This document shows, one piece after another, positions 13,090 through 26,654 of a stretch of 64,000 nucleotides of DNA (positions are counted from its first letter, which is position 1; each line of letters starts with the position of its first letter). The stretch is from positions 62,992,513 to 63,056,512 of the forward strand of contig NC_068984.1 of the NCBI RefSeq assembly GCF_001194135.2, given 5' to 3'. The translations under genes were made by a program, and so were the position numbers. The DNA is from Octopus bimaculoides (Eukaryota). The notes beneath the pieces were generated by a model. That model saw only the letters and a list, made by a program, of their open reading frames with translations, was not told the origin of the DNA and did not search any database.

Positions 13090-13639
13090 NNNNNNNNNNN
13101 NNNNNNNNNNNNNNNNNNNNNNNNNNNNNNNNNNNNNNNNNNNNNNNNNNNNNNNNNNNNNNNNNNNNNNNNNNNNNNNNNNNNNNNNNNNNNNNNNNNN
13201 NNNNNNNNNNNNNNNNNNNNNNNNNNNNNNNNNNNNNNNNNNNNNNNNNNNNNNNNNNNNNNNNNNNNNNNNNNNNNNNNNNNNNNNNNNNNNNNNNNNN
13301 NNNNNNNNNNNNNNNNNNNNNNNNNNNNNNNNNNNNNNNNNNNNNNNNNNNNNNNNNNNNNNNNNNNNNNNNNNNNNNNNNNNNNNNNNNNNNNNNNNNN
13401 NNNNNNATATATATATATATATATATAAGGAATATGGATTTAGAGAATCCATGCGCATTATGTAAAATCGTAATCTTCACTCCTTTATAAATAAAGTTGT
13501 AAGATCAATTTTAACCAGGCTGAGAACAGGGGATAATTGATAGGTTCAATGATTGGCTGTTACAGCGAAAGTGACTCTCATATTGAAGGAAATAACAGAA
13601 CTCACACAGATCAACTGACAGTGTCATGGCTGAGGTGAG

Positions 13640-14345
13640 TGGTGATCAGAGACAAACGGAAAGCCAAAGTGGGACATGTTATTTCAAGAAATGAGGAGAG
13701 AAGCGAATGACAACAGAATCCAGAAGGCAGCCCAGGAGGTCAACAGGAACAATGGACCTGTATATGACCTCCTGCCTTCAACTACAAACCTTTTGAGGTT
13801 AGGAAATTTAGATAATCTTGCATGCTCAATCCCCTGCGCTCATGCAATGTAGTGCTATTCGAAAGAAAATATACGCGGAGATACAGTCAAGTGCTTAAAG
13901 AGATTTTGTATGCTGTTTTAATATGTGGATGGAAGACGATGCTACCGGAAGCTCCATCATTATTCTACTCGGCAGAGGTGCAAAACTGTAGAAGCAGGAT
14001 TTAATGGATGGTGAAGATGACCAGGTGCGCACAGAAAAGTTTCCAGAAAGGAAAAAAAATATCTGGATATCATTAACGACAGTGGTATGCGACCGGATAT
14101 TGTACATTACTCTCTCACAAGAAATCAAATGATTGTACTATATGAAAGCAGAATGGAGAAAGCTCACATCTACAAATGTAGCAGCTTGGGTATCAAATTA
14201 AAATAATTTATCTTCCAAACCAAAGCATAGCAGTGAGGGCGAAGTATTTTGCAGGCAAATTTTATGAATTGTTCTCAGTTTCTGAGACAAAGGTAATTGG
14301 AGATGTTAAGACAATGATAAAAGCAGCAAAAAAGTTCCGTCTGAT
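13640..14345 (+). mobile_element. Decayed non-LTR retrotransposon 3' region with REL (PD-(D/E)xK) endonuclease, HERO/NeSL-like
   Basis: Translated pieces: VYDLLPSTTNL, KYTRRYSQVLKEI (cf. YxWRHNQVL), MRPDIVHYSLTRNQMIV...YESRMEKAHIYK, and RAKYFAG...MIKAAKK (cf. VEVGxRGF...AEAAE). Confidence 0.75.
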
Positions 14346-14486
14346 TACTGTATCCAGAATACTTTCCCTTTGTGGAACCTTATTCATTCAAGAAGGTGTT
14401 GGCTGCATTGTAGACAGTTGCAATGCATCAACAGAAAGATATCTAGAAATCATGAACTGAATGCGACACGGTTCTCTTGCAAGATG

Positions 14487-14538
<52 letters not shown>

Positions 14539-16404
14539 AAATTCATAGCGTTTTTTTTGTCTTTGTGTGGTGTCTTGGACCGAAAATCGAAACGGACTAG
14601 TCAGATTCGCACAGTGATGTCATTCGAAATTTAAAAATAAAAGCTACTTATTAAATAGAAATTATTTCATGAGTGGCACAATGCATTTAAATAATTGTAC
14701 AATATTGTCTACCCAATTGTTCCAATACTGTATGAACTACAACGAAATAAATATACAGGGTCGTTTTATTATTCATTGATTGTACGTGCGAAATGAAGCT
14801 CCGTGATGAGAATACAAGTGTGTGTAACACATTCTGCATTGGTCTTCTATTAGAATACCAATACAGAGTGTGTTAAAATAGAAAATCGTATATAAATTGA
14901 AGAATTAATTATTAGTTGATACTGTGTTTCTATATGCGTTATAATATATCTGTTCTGTTAAAGAATTACCCTGATCATTTAATAATCCTAGGAAATATTT
15001 CTGTAATATTATTATACTTGCTTAATTCTATTTTCTTTTGAGCTTAAAGCTTCTATATTGTCTCCACCTAATATACATTTAATTTCATGATGGATGTAAT
15101 AGAGAACTTCATTTTATCTTCAGACAGTTATATAAAGGACACTGAATGAGTAGAATGAAATGTATTGAATGATATATCGTAATGTTTTGGATTACTCAAA
15201 GCTAGACCGACTGGTACTTAGAAAGAAAATGTTAGGACGCGGTGATATCATTAACTTTTGTAGTAATAGCGGTAAGTAATTAGTGAGGTATTGTTAATCA
15301 ATATAATTGCTACATTTGAGTGTAATCATGCAAGTTGAGGAGCATCTATAAAAAGAAACTATTCATTGAGCTAGAAACTCCGAAATTTTGTTCCTCAATT
15401 CAAGATAATTATACACGAGAAGTATTTCTCTTAAATCGTTAAATGAACAAAGAGATATTCTAAACGAGATAAACTAAGCTCTAAACCTAAGTACAATCGT
15501 TAAAACCTTAAACATTTTACATTTTTCACTGATTGGTAGCAAATAATATTTGAAAATAATCTATTTCTAATATGCTTCGATTTGAAAATTTATCTTATAG
15601 TTCTGTGATTTTCATGTTAATTATATGTATCTGTATTACTGCAGTAACTATACAGTATTTGAATATATGATAGCAATATTTGGATATCATCAGTTGTTTT
15701 AGTTTTAAATAGACATGTATCTTCCATGTTATTTGCTGTCCTGACATTTGGCAAACCAATAAATTCTTAAATATGTAGATTTGAAAGTGAGAGAAGTGAC
15801 TCAAAAGTATTAAGAAACATCCAATTAAAGATAGTAAAATACTGTTAAATAAAAGATGCTGGTGTTCTATGCCCCGTAACTAATTTAATCATTGCAAAGT
15901 TCATTGCAATATTCACAGCTAAATAGCTTAACTAATAAATATACAACTATTGAAGTTACTGCCTCTTTTGCCTCCAACTCTATACCTCACCCGCGTACAA
16001 ACGCACACATACACACAACACAACACAAAAGCAGATATACATAATACACAGAGGCAGACACACACGCAGAAGTACACTCACAAACGTGTACACACACACA
16101 CATACGTAAGCGCGCAAAAATATAAGCCGCAGAGGCTCTGGCCTTCTTAACATCACCAACCTTAATACAGCACGTATATAACCAGCAATTTTAAAACCTA
16201 ATCTCGTCACTCCAATCAACTATCCCTTCTGTTACCATTAAGCAGTGATCCAGAGCAAATAATTATTCACTCAAATTTATACAACTCTTTCTCTGTATGG
16301 TGATATACCCAAATCTACTGCCGACAAATCTATTATTTCTTCCATTTCTAAGTACGCATAAATGATGGTCGTAGTTGTAAACAATAAATTTCTTTGTGAG
16401 GAGG

Positions 16405-16806
16405 ATGTGACTGGATCTGTGAAGCGTGGAGAATTGAATCCTTCAAGATGACAATGCACCCTGTCACCGAATTCTCCTCACTCATGAGTTTCTTGCCAAA
16501 AACAACATGGTATCGCTTCCGGAGTCGCCCTATTAACCAGATTTAGCATCTGAAGACTTCCATCTCTTCCTCAAGATGAAAATGCAGCTCAAAGGTCACC
16601 ATTTTAACACCGTTGTCGAGATCCAGAATGAATCGCAGATGGTGCTCGGTTCGCTTACGGAAAACAACTTCCAAGCCGGATACCAAAACTGGCAGGAACG
16701 CTTAAGCAGGTGTATTGCTTCGCAATGTGACTATTCTGAGGGTTAAAAAAAGGTTTTTTTTATTAAACATAACTACTCCGTGGACCTTTTGATGCCACCT
16801 CGTGTA
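16405..16806 (+). mobile_element. Mariner 3' fragment (DD34D, irritans-like)
   Basis: WILQDDNAPCH...FLAKNNMVSLPESPY*PDLASEDFHLFLKMKMQLKGHHFNTVVEIQ...WQERLSRCIASQCDYSEG, followed by the TIR GGACCTTTTTGATGCCACCTCGTGTA. Confidence 0.9.
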
Positions 16807-18974
16807 TCACTTCAGTCTAAAGTTAATGAATATGCTAACATCTACGCTCGTCATCATTCCCAGTGTGTATCACCTACTATATCTTAATGTAAATATTTTA
16901 CTCCATCCCCCGATACAGAAGCGTAACCATTTTTATTGACTTATAACACAGGATGTTACATTTCTGTTATCTATAAAATATATGATAGATGGAGTTAGAA
17001 CCAAGACCATCCCCATTTTTTTCTGAATACAGCGCACCCACGATTATATTATGAAATAATTTTTGTTTTTCAAAGATGGTAGGTATATGCAAAATATTTT
17101 GCGGCAGTTTATTGCAGGTTGAATGTCTATATAGAGAACCTTTCATTGCCTACAGGTTTCTTATAGGTACCCACAGGCGTTTAAGCTGAACATCAACCAC
17201 GTCAAATTAACCTGTCTGAGAGGCGTCTACAAAGATATGAGTGACATTCTTGCTTGACTCTTTAAATGTTACAAAAGGAAAAAGAATAACAATCAACTTG
17301 GAACTGTCCAATCCCTCAAAAGCTACTTTCATGGAACAACTTTATCAAATAATTTTCAATATTTCGGCTTCATAACGAATCAATTTGCAACTAAATATTA
17401 AGATCCAGTAAGATGTGATTTTACAATTAATGCATTGAGTAAATACTCCAGAATATGAACTAATTATTTAACAAAATATAAAGGTATCACCTTACTGAAT
17501 TAATATAGCGGGAACATCTGACAGAGAATATAGAAGCACATATTTTAAGATGTAATACACAGATTCTGCAAATGTCATTCTGTCCTGAAATTCAAGTCTA
17601 GAAATTCAAGTTCTAGAAGCAACTAATATAACGAAAGTAAATACGACTACAATCAAAACAGTGTATAGAGGGATCTTAAAGATCTCCATCCGCTACTAGT
17701 TAACTTGCAATATATGTATATATGTACATATATATATATATATATAACATAGATTATATCGGTACCAGTTTCCTATTTTGTTTCACTTAAGACTACAGAG
17801 AGTCTGCTTGAGTAAGTGGTGCAGGTATGTACCTGCTGAATATGTGGATAGGTGAATATGTGTGTTGTTCTCTCTGAAATTTCAAACTAAACATGAAAAT
17901 TCTTTCCTTTCTTAAAGGTATGGCAACAGCATTCCATTTCAGTAGCGATGATGCCATAAACCCTAGAATAAACAGAATAGAGCTTGGAATGTGCAGCCAT
18001 CTTTAACTACATGCTACTGTTTGTTGTTGTGTTCCTTTGTTTTCCTTTTATTCAACTTGACTTCTTTGTTTTTCCTTTTGTTTTACAAACATTTTTTCCC
18101 CTCTTTCTTCTGGGTAGATATCTCATCACTGACGCTCGAAACAAAACGAATTGAAATGATAAAAACATAAAATATTAGAAACAAAAGTATTGACCAAACA
18201 AGAAAACAGCCTTTTTTTTTTCGTCGTTACAGAAAGTAGTAAAGTAATGCAGCTCGTTGCTCACTATGTACATTGTGAGGAAATACACGTTAGAAATGTA
18301 TTCATCTACGTTGAAGTTTCCTTCATTTGCATCAGTGATTTTTCACTGATATTTACATTTAAAAAAAAAAGGGAATAGAAGAACACAGTATTGTAAATGT
18401 GTGTGTGTGGCTCTGTATGCAAGTGCATAGTTCCTCGTGTAAATTGAATAACACATATACAGCTGTATAAGGCTCAATTTATACGTATACGCACACGCGC
18501 GTTAAAAGCATAATGGTGCATGTTTATGTATGTATAAATGCAGTCATTCATGTCCGTGTATATAATCCTTACTCATTTTATGTATGACACTCTTTGTATA
18601 TGTATGGATGTATGTGCATGCATGGAGATATAAACACACAAAATTCAATAGCTTTATTGGATCTGTTAGTAATTTCTTCCCTCTCTAATATGTATATAGA
18701 CACGTACATATATACACAAACATACTGACACACACATGCACATACACACACACATATGTATTATGTGTCTATGTATGTATATATGTATGCATCGGTGCGT
18801 GCATGTATGCGCCTGTGTATTTGTATTCACGCATTTGTATATATTCATGTAAGCACAGATAGCCTACATATATATATATGTACAATCACATATAGATATA
18901 CACATAAACATACACACACGCACACCCACTCACACACACATACACACACATATATATACATATATATATATGTC

Positions 18975-19016
<42 letters not shown>

Positions 19017-19076
19017 CATACATTTATATACTTGTTTGCAAATATATATGTGTATAAATATATATGAGTGTTGTGT

Positions 19077-19124
<48 letters not shown>

Positions 19125-19895
19125 ATAATTTTTTTATTGATCATGCTAATATTATTGACGTGAGAAATGTAATGTATGTTTCTACATCATCCTATCTGCT
19201 TTGTTTTCCTGTTGGTTTCATCGATTAATCNNNNNNNNNNNNNNNNNNNNNNNNNNNNNNNNNNNNNNNNNNNNNNNNNNNNNNNNNNNNNNNNNNNNNN
19301 NNNNNNNNNNNNNNNNNNNNNNNNNNNNNNNNNNNNNNNNNNNNNNNNNNNNNNNNNNNNNNNNNNNNNNNNNNNNNNNNNNNNNNNNNNNNNNNNNNNN
19401 NNNNNNNNNNNNNNNNNNNNNNNNNNNNNNNNNNNNNNNNNNNNNNNNNNNNNNNNNNNNNNNNNNNNNNNNNNNNNNNNNNNNNNNNNNNNNNNNNNNN
19501 NNNNNNNNNNNNNNNNNNNNNNNNNNNNNNNNNNNNNNNNNNNNNNNNNNNNNNNNNNNNNNNNNNNNNNNNNNNNNNNNNNNNNNNNNNNNNNNNNNNN
19601 NNNNNNNNNNNNNNNNNNNNNNNNNNNNNNNNNNNNNNNNNNNNNNNNNNNNNNNNNNNNNNNNNNNNNNNNNNNNNNNNNNNNNNNNNNNNNNNNNNNN
19701 NNNNNNNNGTTTTCCTCTTTCTTTGCTAATCTTCATATTAAAAAGAAAAGAAATGAAAACGAATAATGAAAGGTAATGTATAAATATATTTTATATAAAA
19801 CAAAAGGCAAGTAAATTTTAAAGTTTTTTTTTTTTTAATTCCAAATTATTCTTTATGTGACAAGTATTCAGAGAACTAAGAAAGTAGACAAAAGA

Positions 19896-19952
<57 letters not shown>

Positions 19953-21066
19953 GTTGTATTATGGTTTCTTTCTGTAGAGCTAAAATACTTTCTGCATTAA
20001 GAAATTAAAAGAAAATTAAACAAATATTTTTCAGTAATAGACTGAAAAGCAGAAGACAAACAAATTGATTTATTTCTTTAATTGTAACAATTTCTTCCAT
20101 CATACTTTTAGCATAGCAGCGCATACTTCCAAATTCAAAGATAGAATCTCCATTTCTTTTTCTTTGAAATTGATTTTAAATGTCTGAACATTGGAAAATA
20201 TCAATAGTGGTTGTATTAACTCGAAACTACTCGCCGTGAGAAAAGAAAGATGTCAATATAATTGTTAGAATTGCAACAAAGGTATATCTTACGGAATGTA
20301 TATCTTTGAGAGATGTGCTTGAACTAAACAAAAGCAATAATGTGCATTGTAGTTAGGTACTTTGTCATTGGTACAATTCTTGTCTATTATAACTACTGTC
20401 TCGTACAAGTTAATGTTAAAGTTATTCTATCTTTATGTCTAGTTTAAGATTCCCATTAACCAGTACGAATGTATTTTTACGTCAAGGACAAACTTTGAAC
20501 TCATGAATCAACTATCAATTTGTACACATAAGTAAACTGCATATGTTTCACTCAATAGGATTGGAATTTGGAGATTCATCGTTGAGCAGTTCCATATCTG
20601 TACGTCTTGAAATTGATTCAGTGGAAAATCAGCTTAATATTTTATTATCTAAGTTTGACATAATTTTGTCTTTTTACTTCTTTATGTGTCTTAGACTTAC
20701 TTCCTCCACAAAATAATGACAATTAAAGAAAACACAGGTAATCTAATTTTGACGCTGTAAATATAGTATTTTACATGTAACGTGAGATTTTGAAAAGAGA
20801 GTAGGGGTGACTTATATTTTATAGTTTACCAGAAAAACATTATCGATACCCAACAGAGATATAAGGTTACCCGATTTTGATAAAAAGTCGTATAGAATTA
20901 AACTCTTCAGTGAATTATGTGACTGAAAAACGCTCGGGGCAAGATTTAAACTTTGGTGCAAAAGTAAACTTAAGCACCAGGTACTGTAGAAGTTGTAAGT
21001 TACAACTCAATCTACTAGATCATCTACAAATATCGCGGACTTTACGACAAAGAACATCCACATTTG

Positions 21067-21255
21067 AGGCGCAAACATGGGTGTATGGTTGAGAAATTTG
21101 CTTTACAAACTCGTGGCTTCAGATTCAGTTTCAGTGCGTGGCACTTTGAGCAACTGTCTCCTCGCACTACAAGCTCGGGTCAACCAATGCTTTCTGAATG
21201 AATCTGGAAGACGAAAACTGTATGCAAGCCTGCCGTATGTGTGTGCACATGCATC

Positions 21256-21294
<39 letters not shown>

Positions 21295-21495
21295 TTGTGT
21301 GTGTGTTTGCCTATGTGTTTCACCACCACACAGCTTCACAACTGACGTTGGTTTAACTACGTAACTTAGCAGTTCGAGAAAAAGAGAAGAACAGAATAAG
21401 TAATGTGGGTGGTTTCGTCGCCTAAATCCTTCAAGGCGCCCCCCCCCCTAGCATGGTTACAATCGATCCATGAAAGAAGTGAAAGATAAAAGATA
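21067..21495 (+). mobile_element. SINE family A, full-length, diverged
   Basis: tRNA-like head (GGCGCAAACATGGGTGTATGG...GATTCAGTTTCAGTGCGTGGCAC), central (TG)n, GTAACTTAGCAGTTCG body and an AAAAGATA tail. Confidence 0.8.
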
Positions 21496-21769
21496 CGTTA
21501 GTCAATATGTAATTGGAGCAGTGTCCGTGAAATTTTCAAGACGACTAGACTGTTGGGGATCCTATGATTTTGTTTACCCAGCTTGAATATCTGCACATTT
21601 TTAACTGCAAACATTCAATGTTATCCGCTTCTAACGATTCATTGAATGGTGTTATAGGAGATAGTTGCAAACATGAAGTGAAATCTAATAAACAAATTGG
21701 CTTTCTGAAAATATATTTCCCGAGACAAGATGGTCTATTGTTTCATCAAATTTATTGTAGAATATGCAT

Positions 21770-22518
21770 TTAGGGTCAGAAACTTTTTGAAGAACGTTAG
21801 CCTTGATAGTTTTTAGTAAGCAAGTTTTGATCTTGTGACGCTAATATGAAACCTTCAGTCTTTGCTTTCGGTCCTGAGCTTCTCAGCCACTGAAGGGTTG
21901 TTGCTTGGTCTACATCAGTATTTCGGCTTCGACGAATATATTGTCCATGTAGAGGCTTCTGGCTCCACCACTCCTAAATTTGTTTCTGCCCGTTCATTTT
22001 TGCAGTCTGTTTAATTCGCTTTGACTTCAGGTTCTTCATCTAATTCAAGACTAATGCCGAGTTCCTTTGCGAATTTGTAAACTTCCTTGACAATAGAACG
22101 TGATTTTTTGCTGCTTTCGTGTTTACACACAAGCCGCAGCATCCAGTCCTCTGTACTAAATAAATACTTGTTCATTGCTATTGTGGAGGTCTTGTAGCAC
22201 AGTTCTACCTGCATCATTCCTCATCTCCCATTACTTCTAGATAGGTACAGACTATCAACGTCTGCTTTTGGGTGGTGAATGTTCTTAAATGCTAGTAGTT
22301 TTCTTGTCTTCCTGTCCAAAGCATATCAAAGTAAAGCTCTGTAAGATTCCAGTTAATGATGTTAAAACTGTATTGGACTATTAGAAGTGCCAGGGTGTTA
22401 AAGGCTTCAATTCTATATTTAGAGTTGAGTTCAGTTTTTAGTATGAGTTTTACTCTTCTGTGAATCGTCCTTTCGTATTTTTTCCTTCGTAGTAGCATGT
22501 TGTATACCATCTCCTTTG
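21770..22518 (-). mobile_element. R4/Dong-clade non-LTR retrotransposon fragment (post-RT region)
   Basis: RRVKLILKTELNSKYRIEAFNTLA...QYSFNIINWNL, HHPKADVDSLYL...GMMQVELCYKT, and KPLHGQYIRRSRNTDVDQATTLQWLRSSGPKAKTEGFILASQDQ. Confidence 0.85.
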
Positions 22519-22538
22519 TTTATTATTATTTTTATTAC

Positions 22539-22619
<81 letters not shown>

Positions 22620-22670
22620 AAGTAGTAGTAGTATCATTATTAATAATAATAATAATAATAATTGCATTAA
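22519..22670. repeat. Compound (ATT)n-(AGT)n-(AAT)n microsatellite
   Basis: Direct reading. Confidence 0.95.
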
Positions 22671-22846
22671 ACCCAATGAATCTAGTAGATATTTTATGAC
22701 ACCATCAATAAATATATTCATAAAATAATATCAGTTTGACATAAAAAATAATTGAAATAAATGTGAACTACATTCTTTGTTTGTGTGTTTAAGTGTACAC
22801 ACACACACACACGCACACACACACACACAAACACACAAACACACAG

Positions 22847-23002
22847 CTCCGTGTTTTTCTCTTTGTCTCCGTATTCTTTCTGTTGAAGAGCGTAGCTCGA
22901 AACGTCAAAGACTTTCCGTATTCCCGAGCGTCATACTAATACATCCTTTTGTTATTTACACCACCAGTCCTCGTCTGTTGTTGTTTTTTCGTACATTCTC
23001 CC
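22847..23002 (+). mobile_element. Short (~155 bp) interspersed element with hammerhead fold, copy 1 (Penelope pLTR-like)
   Basis: Near-identical to the reverse complement of 29831-29985. Flanked 5' by CA-rich repeats and 3' by (AT)n. Confidence 0.75.
22875..22911 (+). ncRNA. Minimal type I hammerhead ribozyme motif (variant core)
   Basis: TCTTT-CTGTTGA-A-GAGC-GTA-GCTC-GAAA-C-GTC-AAAGA: stem I is 5 bp, stem II is 4 bp, stem III is the palindromic ACGT, and the predicted cleavage is after GUC at 22906. Confidence 0.6.
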
Positions 23003-23429
23003 ATATATATAGATATACATACTTAGAAGGTGGGAGACAGACAGCGAGGCAGAAAGAGCCACTGACGACACAAAATATATTTTGTCGGATTAACGATTAA
23101 AGATTAAATTNNNNNNNNNNNNNNNNNNNNNNNNNNNNNNNNNNNNNNNNNNNNNNNNNNNNNNNNNNNNNNNNNNNNNNNNNNNNNNNNNNNNNNNNNN
23201 NNNNNNNNNNNNNNNNNNNNNNNNNNNNNNNNNNNNNNNNNNNNNNNNNNNNNNNNNNNNNNNNNNNNNNNNNNNNNNNNNNNNNNNNNNNNNNNNNNNN
23301 NNNNNNNNNNATATATATATATATATATAGTATTGTTTATGATAGGATAAAGGATCAAAATGAAGCACGCCACTAATTCGCTAGACAGAATAACCATAAA
23401 ATAATCATTGAAATAACCAAATCTTAGTA

Positions 23430-25718
23430 CGGAATGGATCAATGAAGGAGGAGGCTCACGGTTGATGGGTAATTCAGATTTCCAGTTGTATCCAAAAGAA
23501 TTCAAAATTATGCAACGGTGAGTGGAAAGGCAAAAAGATAAAACCAACGAATGGATTATCTGGTATGGCTACCATTGTTTCATAAAAGGTCTTTATTCTG
23601 ACTAAAGCATAATACAATTAATCAGATTTTGTAAAATGTCCAATAACCCTTAACTTTTCAGCTCACAAGATAAACAATTAAACAGTGACTTGTTGAGTAA
23701 TTAACGCGTCATTAACAAGTGCAATTCTGTTATAAGTACCATCATTTAAGAAATTTAAAGTGGGTGTGTCCCCAAACCGTCAATGGAGAGGGATGGATAA
23801 TGCGATAAGGTCGCAAATATAACGATAGCTAAAGGCATTAACTCCCTAAAGAAGACTAATCCTAGCGACCTCAGCAAAAGGCAGTAGTGACAGAATATAT
23901 ACAAATAACATGGTTTATTACCCACACAAATTTCATTACTCTAGAGTGCATATTTCTTTAATTATTCATATCAATATTATATTTTTTTCGGTGCATGTAC
24001 CACTTTCGCTCTAAATTTTCTTTCTCTCTACTTGTTTCATCCTATTGTATTTCTATTACGTCTTTTCCTTCCCTCCCATCTTTCTCTTTCATTCCTCTCC
24101 TCAAGTATTTTTGCCCTGAACTTGATTAGTTGGTAGTTTTGCACTAAATTATTCTCCCTGTATTATAATGAGAGGAATTTCCATTTAAATGATGCAAGTT
24201 TTCTATTGATCCAGGAATGACCTTTTGGAACCCATTTAACGTGATTAAGTGAATGAACAACTGACGCTAAATCTAAAGTTATACAATACAATAAAGGACT
24301 GGTGAATAACTTTGAACATTTTTGATAGGGTCGAATGGCATGCTTGGCGCCAACTATCTGCTGCATTTGTGTAAATTTTGCCACTACAGGCTTTTACTAA
24401 TGAGGTTGCTAGGATTAACGACTTCTTTATGATATTAATGCCTTTAAATGCTGTAATATTTACGAACTTATTCCACTATCCACCCCTTTAGATTAACAGA
24501 TTGAGGACAAACCCAGCTAAAAGTTTTTTAATGTTTTGGATTTTTCACATGAAATTTCACTTGCTGATAACGTGTTGATTAATCAACAAGCCACTGTTCA
24601 CTTCTTTATTTAATTACTTGATGAGGTAGGAGTTGTGGAATATTTTATGCAATCTTACGAATTGCATTATGATTATCTCACACTAAAGATTCCTAAGGAA
24701 GCAATTGTAGCAAAACCAGATAATCTGTTCCTCTGTTGCTGTCGTTATTATATATAACAACACACGAATGGGTTATCTGTTATTGCTACAATTGTTTGTG
24801 TATGTGCCTATGTGTAAAGGTAAGATGCAAGGATCAAGGAGTAGGAAGTAGGTAAGCTTCGGGTAGTCCGTAGAAGGTATAAGAATCAACTTCCAGGAGC
24901 AATAATGGTTTATTGACGTAAAAGGTTGTAAATTTTCCCAAAAGGTGAAAACCGTTATTTTATAGTTCACGGTTAGCAAATGGGGTTGCCGTGTATGCGA
25001 ATAAAATTCCAAATTTATGGAATGGAGTCGATAAAATCCAAGCTGCATATGTTTCATAGCTAACAGAACTTCGGAAGTAGTAATTATCCAAATGAGAGGT
25101 AATCCGCTAGCGAAATAAGGAATGATGGAAATAATATCATTAAACACGAGAACTATTATAAACTACATCCCCTGATGACTTCATCAGCACCCTAAAAAAT
25201 TTCATCTGTAAATCCACAACATATAATGAATTTAATACCAAGCCAACACTAGATAACTAAAACCATATAAATTTATTTTTAGCACCTTCTAAACTCCTAT
25301 GCAGCTGTAGACACCCCACCTCCCGTCCCTTAGATAATCGATGCCTCACAAAAATTATCATATACAAATGTTCACGGTATCAGGTGAGAATTCCATTTAT
25401 GTATACATCAGTTCGTGCAGCCCCACCTTCAAAGCCAGAGTGGGTATCCACTATTCTAGTATCAAATCCCAAGGAATAACTAATAGCACTTTATCTCAGC
25501 TAATTCTTAACCTGAAACAAGACTTGGCCCCATATAATTTGAACCAGTCCATAGTTACTCATGTTAAACCATATAATGGCTATATCAGCGAATGCGATTT
25601 ATGCATCGCCGAAGTCTTTTCTATAATGCAATCCACGAATTGTTTGAACGAACGAAATCACCTAATTTCTAATTGCAGACATAGATTATGCAACACATTC
25701 TCAAAATACAAATAACAG
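23430..25718 (+). mobile_element. Decayed Penelope-like element (RT remnant plus GIY-YIG endonuclease)
   Basis: The 3' part reads PLDNRCLTKIIIYKC..., VYISSCSPTFKARVGIHYSS...STLSQLILNLK...YNLNQSIV...KPYNG...CDLCIAE...LNERNHLISNCRHR, typical of PLE GIY-YIG domains. The upstream region is heavily broken and the 5' boundary is uncertain. Confidence 0.8.
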
Positions 25719-26444
25719 CGCCCTCTTTCCTGTCATTCCATCACTATTCCTCTGCCTCCACTTGCAGCTGTTACATGTATTTATAACAACCTTTAAACAA
25801 GCTTTATATCTTTTGTTTTTTCATATTTTGTATTTTATAATTTATAGTTTTCCCTATACCTTCCTTCTGTACATTGAAAATATACAAGAACCCACGCGCA
25901 CATGTACACCTAAAAGATACCACATGTGAAAAAACACATGCGTGCGTGCTAATGTGTACTTGTATAATTTTAGAGTTAAGCGATAAACTACCAACTTACC
26001 TAGAACTACTATGTTCATTGCTGACCAAAAACATTATCTTCCACCTCCATCTTCTTTTCTCCCTGTCTCCAAACAAATTCTAACTTACTACCACTCCTAT
26101 ACCTCTTTCTCTTCTTCTTTTGACATTTTCCTCTTTATTTGTTTTTTTCTTTACTCTGTCTAAATGTATTTACAGGTTAGTACAATATATTAACTTATTC
26201 TACAGCAAACCCAGTAAATGACCCTAGCCTAAATTCACAAGGAAATTCCCCTAGCGAGCTTCAATAATGCCAAATGTTTCCCCTACACTTGCCTCTCTCT
26301 TTTTTTTAAAATTCTTATTCTTATTCTTTTCCTTAAATTTAGACATTTATCCATTCCCATATATTATTACTTCACAAATGCGTTTTCCCTTTTGTTCCCT
26401 CATTCTGTGCTTTACACGGACTTTCAGTCAAATCTCCTGCGAGT

Positions 26445-26600
26445 TAACATGGGATCCCTTGACGACAATGTAACCTCTATTTAATTAAAATATCTTCGGA
26501 CTGATATGTAGCAAGTAGATTACCCCACGTTTGGATAATTACTACTTCTGAAGTTCTGCTAGCTATGAAACATATGTAGTCTGGATTTTATCTACTCTAT
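26445..26600 (+). repeat. Dispersed repeat (family D), copy 1
   Basis: GGATCCCTTGACGACAATGTAACC...ATATCTTCGG...GAAACATATGTAG is shared with 51555-51710. Confidence 0.7.
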
Positions 26601-26622
26601 TACCTAAATCTGTCAGTCTGTC

Positions 26623-26654
<32 letters not shown>

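Noticed and set aside
14360-14460. Tc1-like peptide GVGCIVDSCNASTERYLEIMN
   Set aside because: Too short, with no TIR or catalytic motif.
15169-15271. ATG-to-GTAAGT candidate first exon (MIYRNVLDYSKLDRLVLRKKMLGRGDIINFCSNS)
   Set aside because: No recognisable homology, and phase-compatible downstream candidates (17791, 17916) hit stops quickly.
26540-26582. Hammerhead-like CTGAAG...GAAACATATGTAG with palindromic ACATATGT (also at ~51652-51685)
   Set aside because: The core reads CUGA(A/G)GU rather than CUGANGA, and stems I and II are not consistently formed in both copies.
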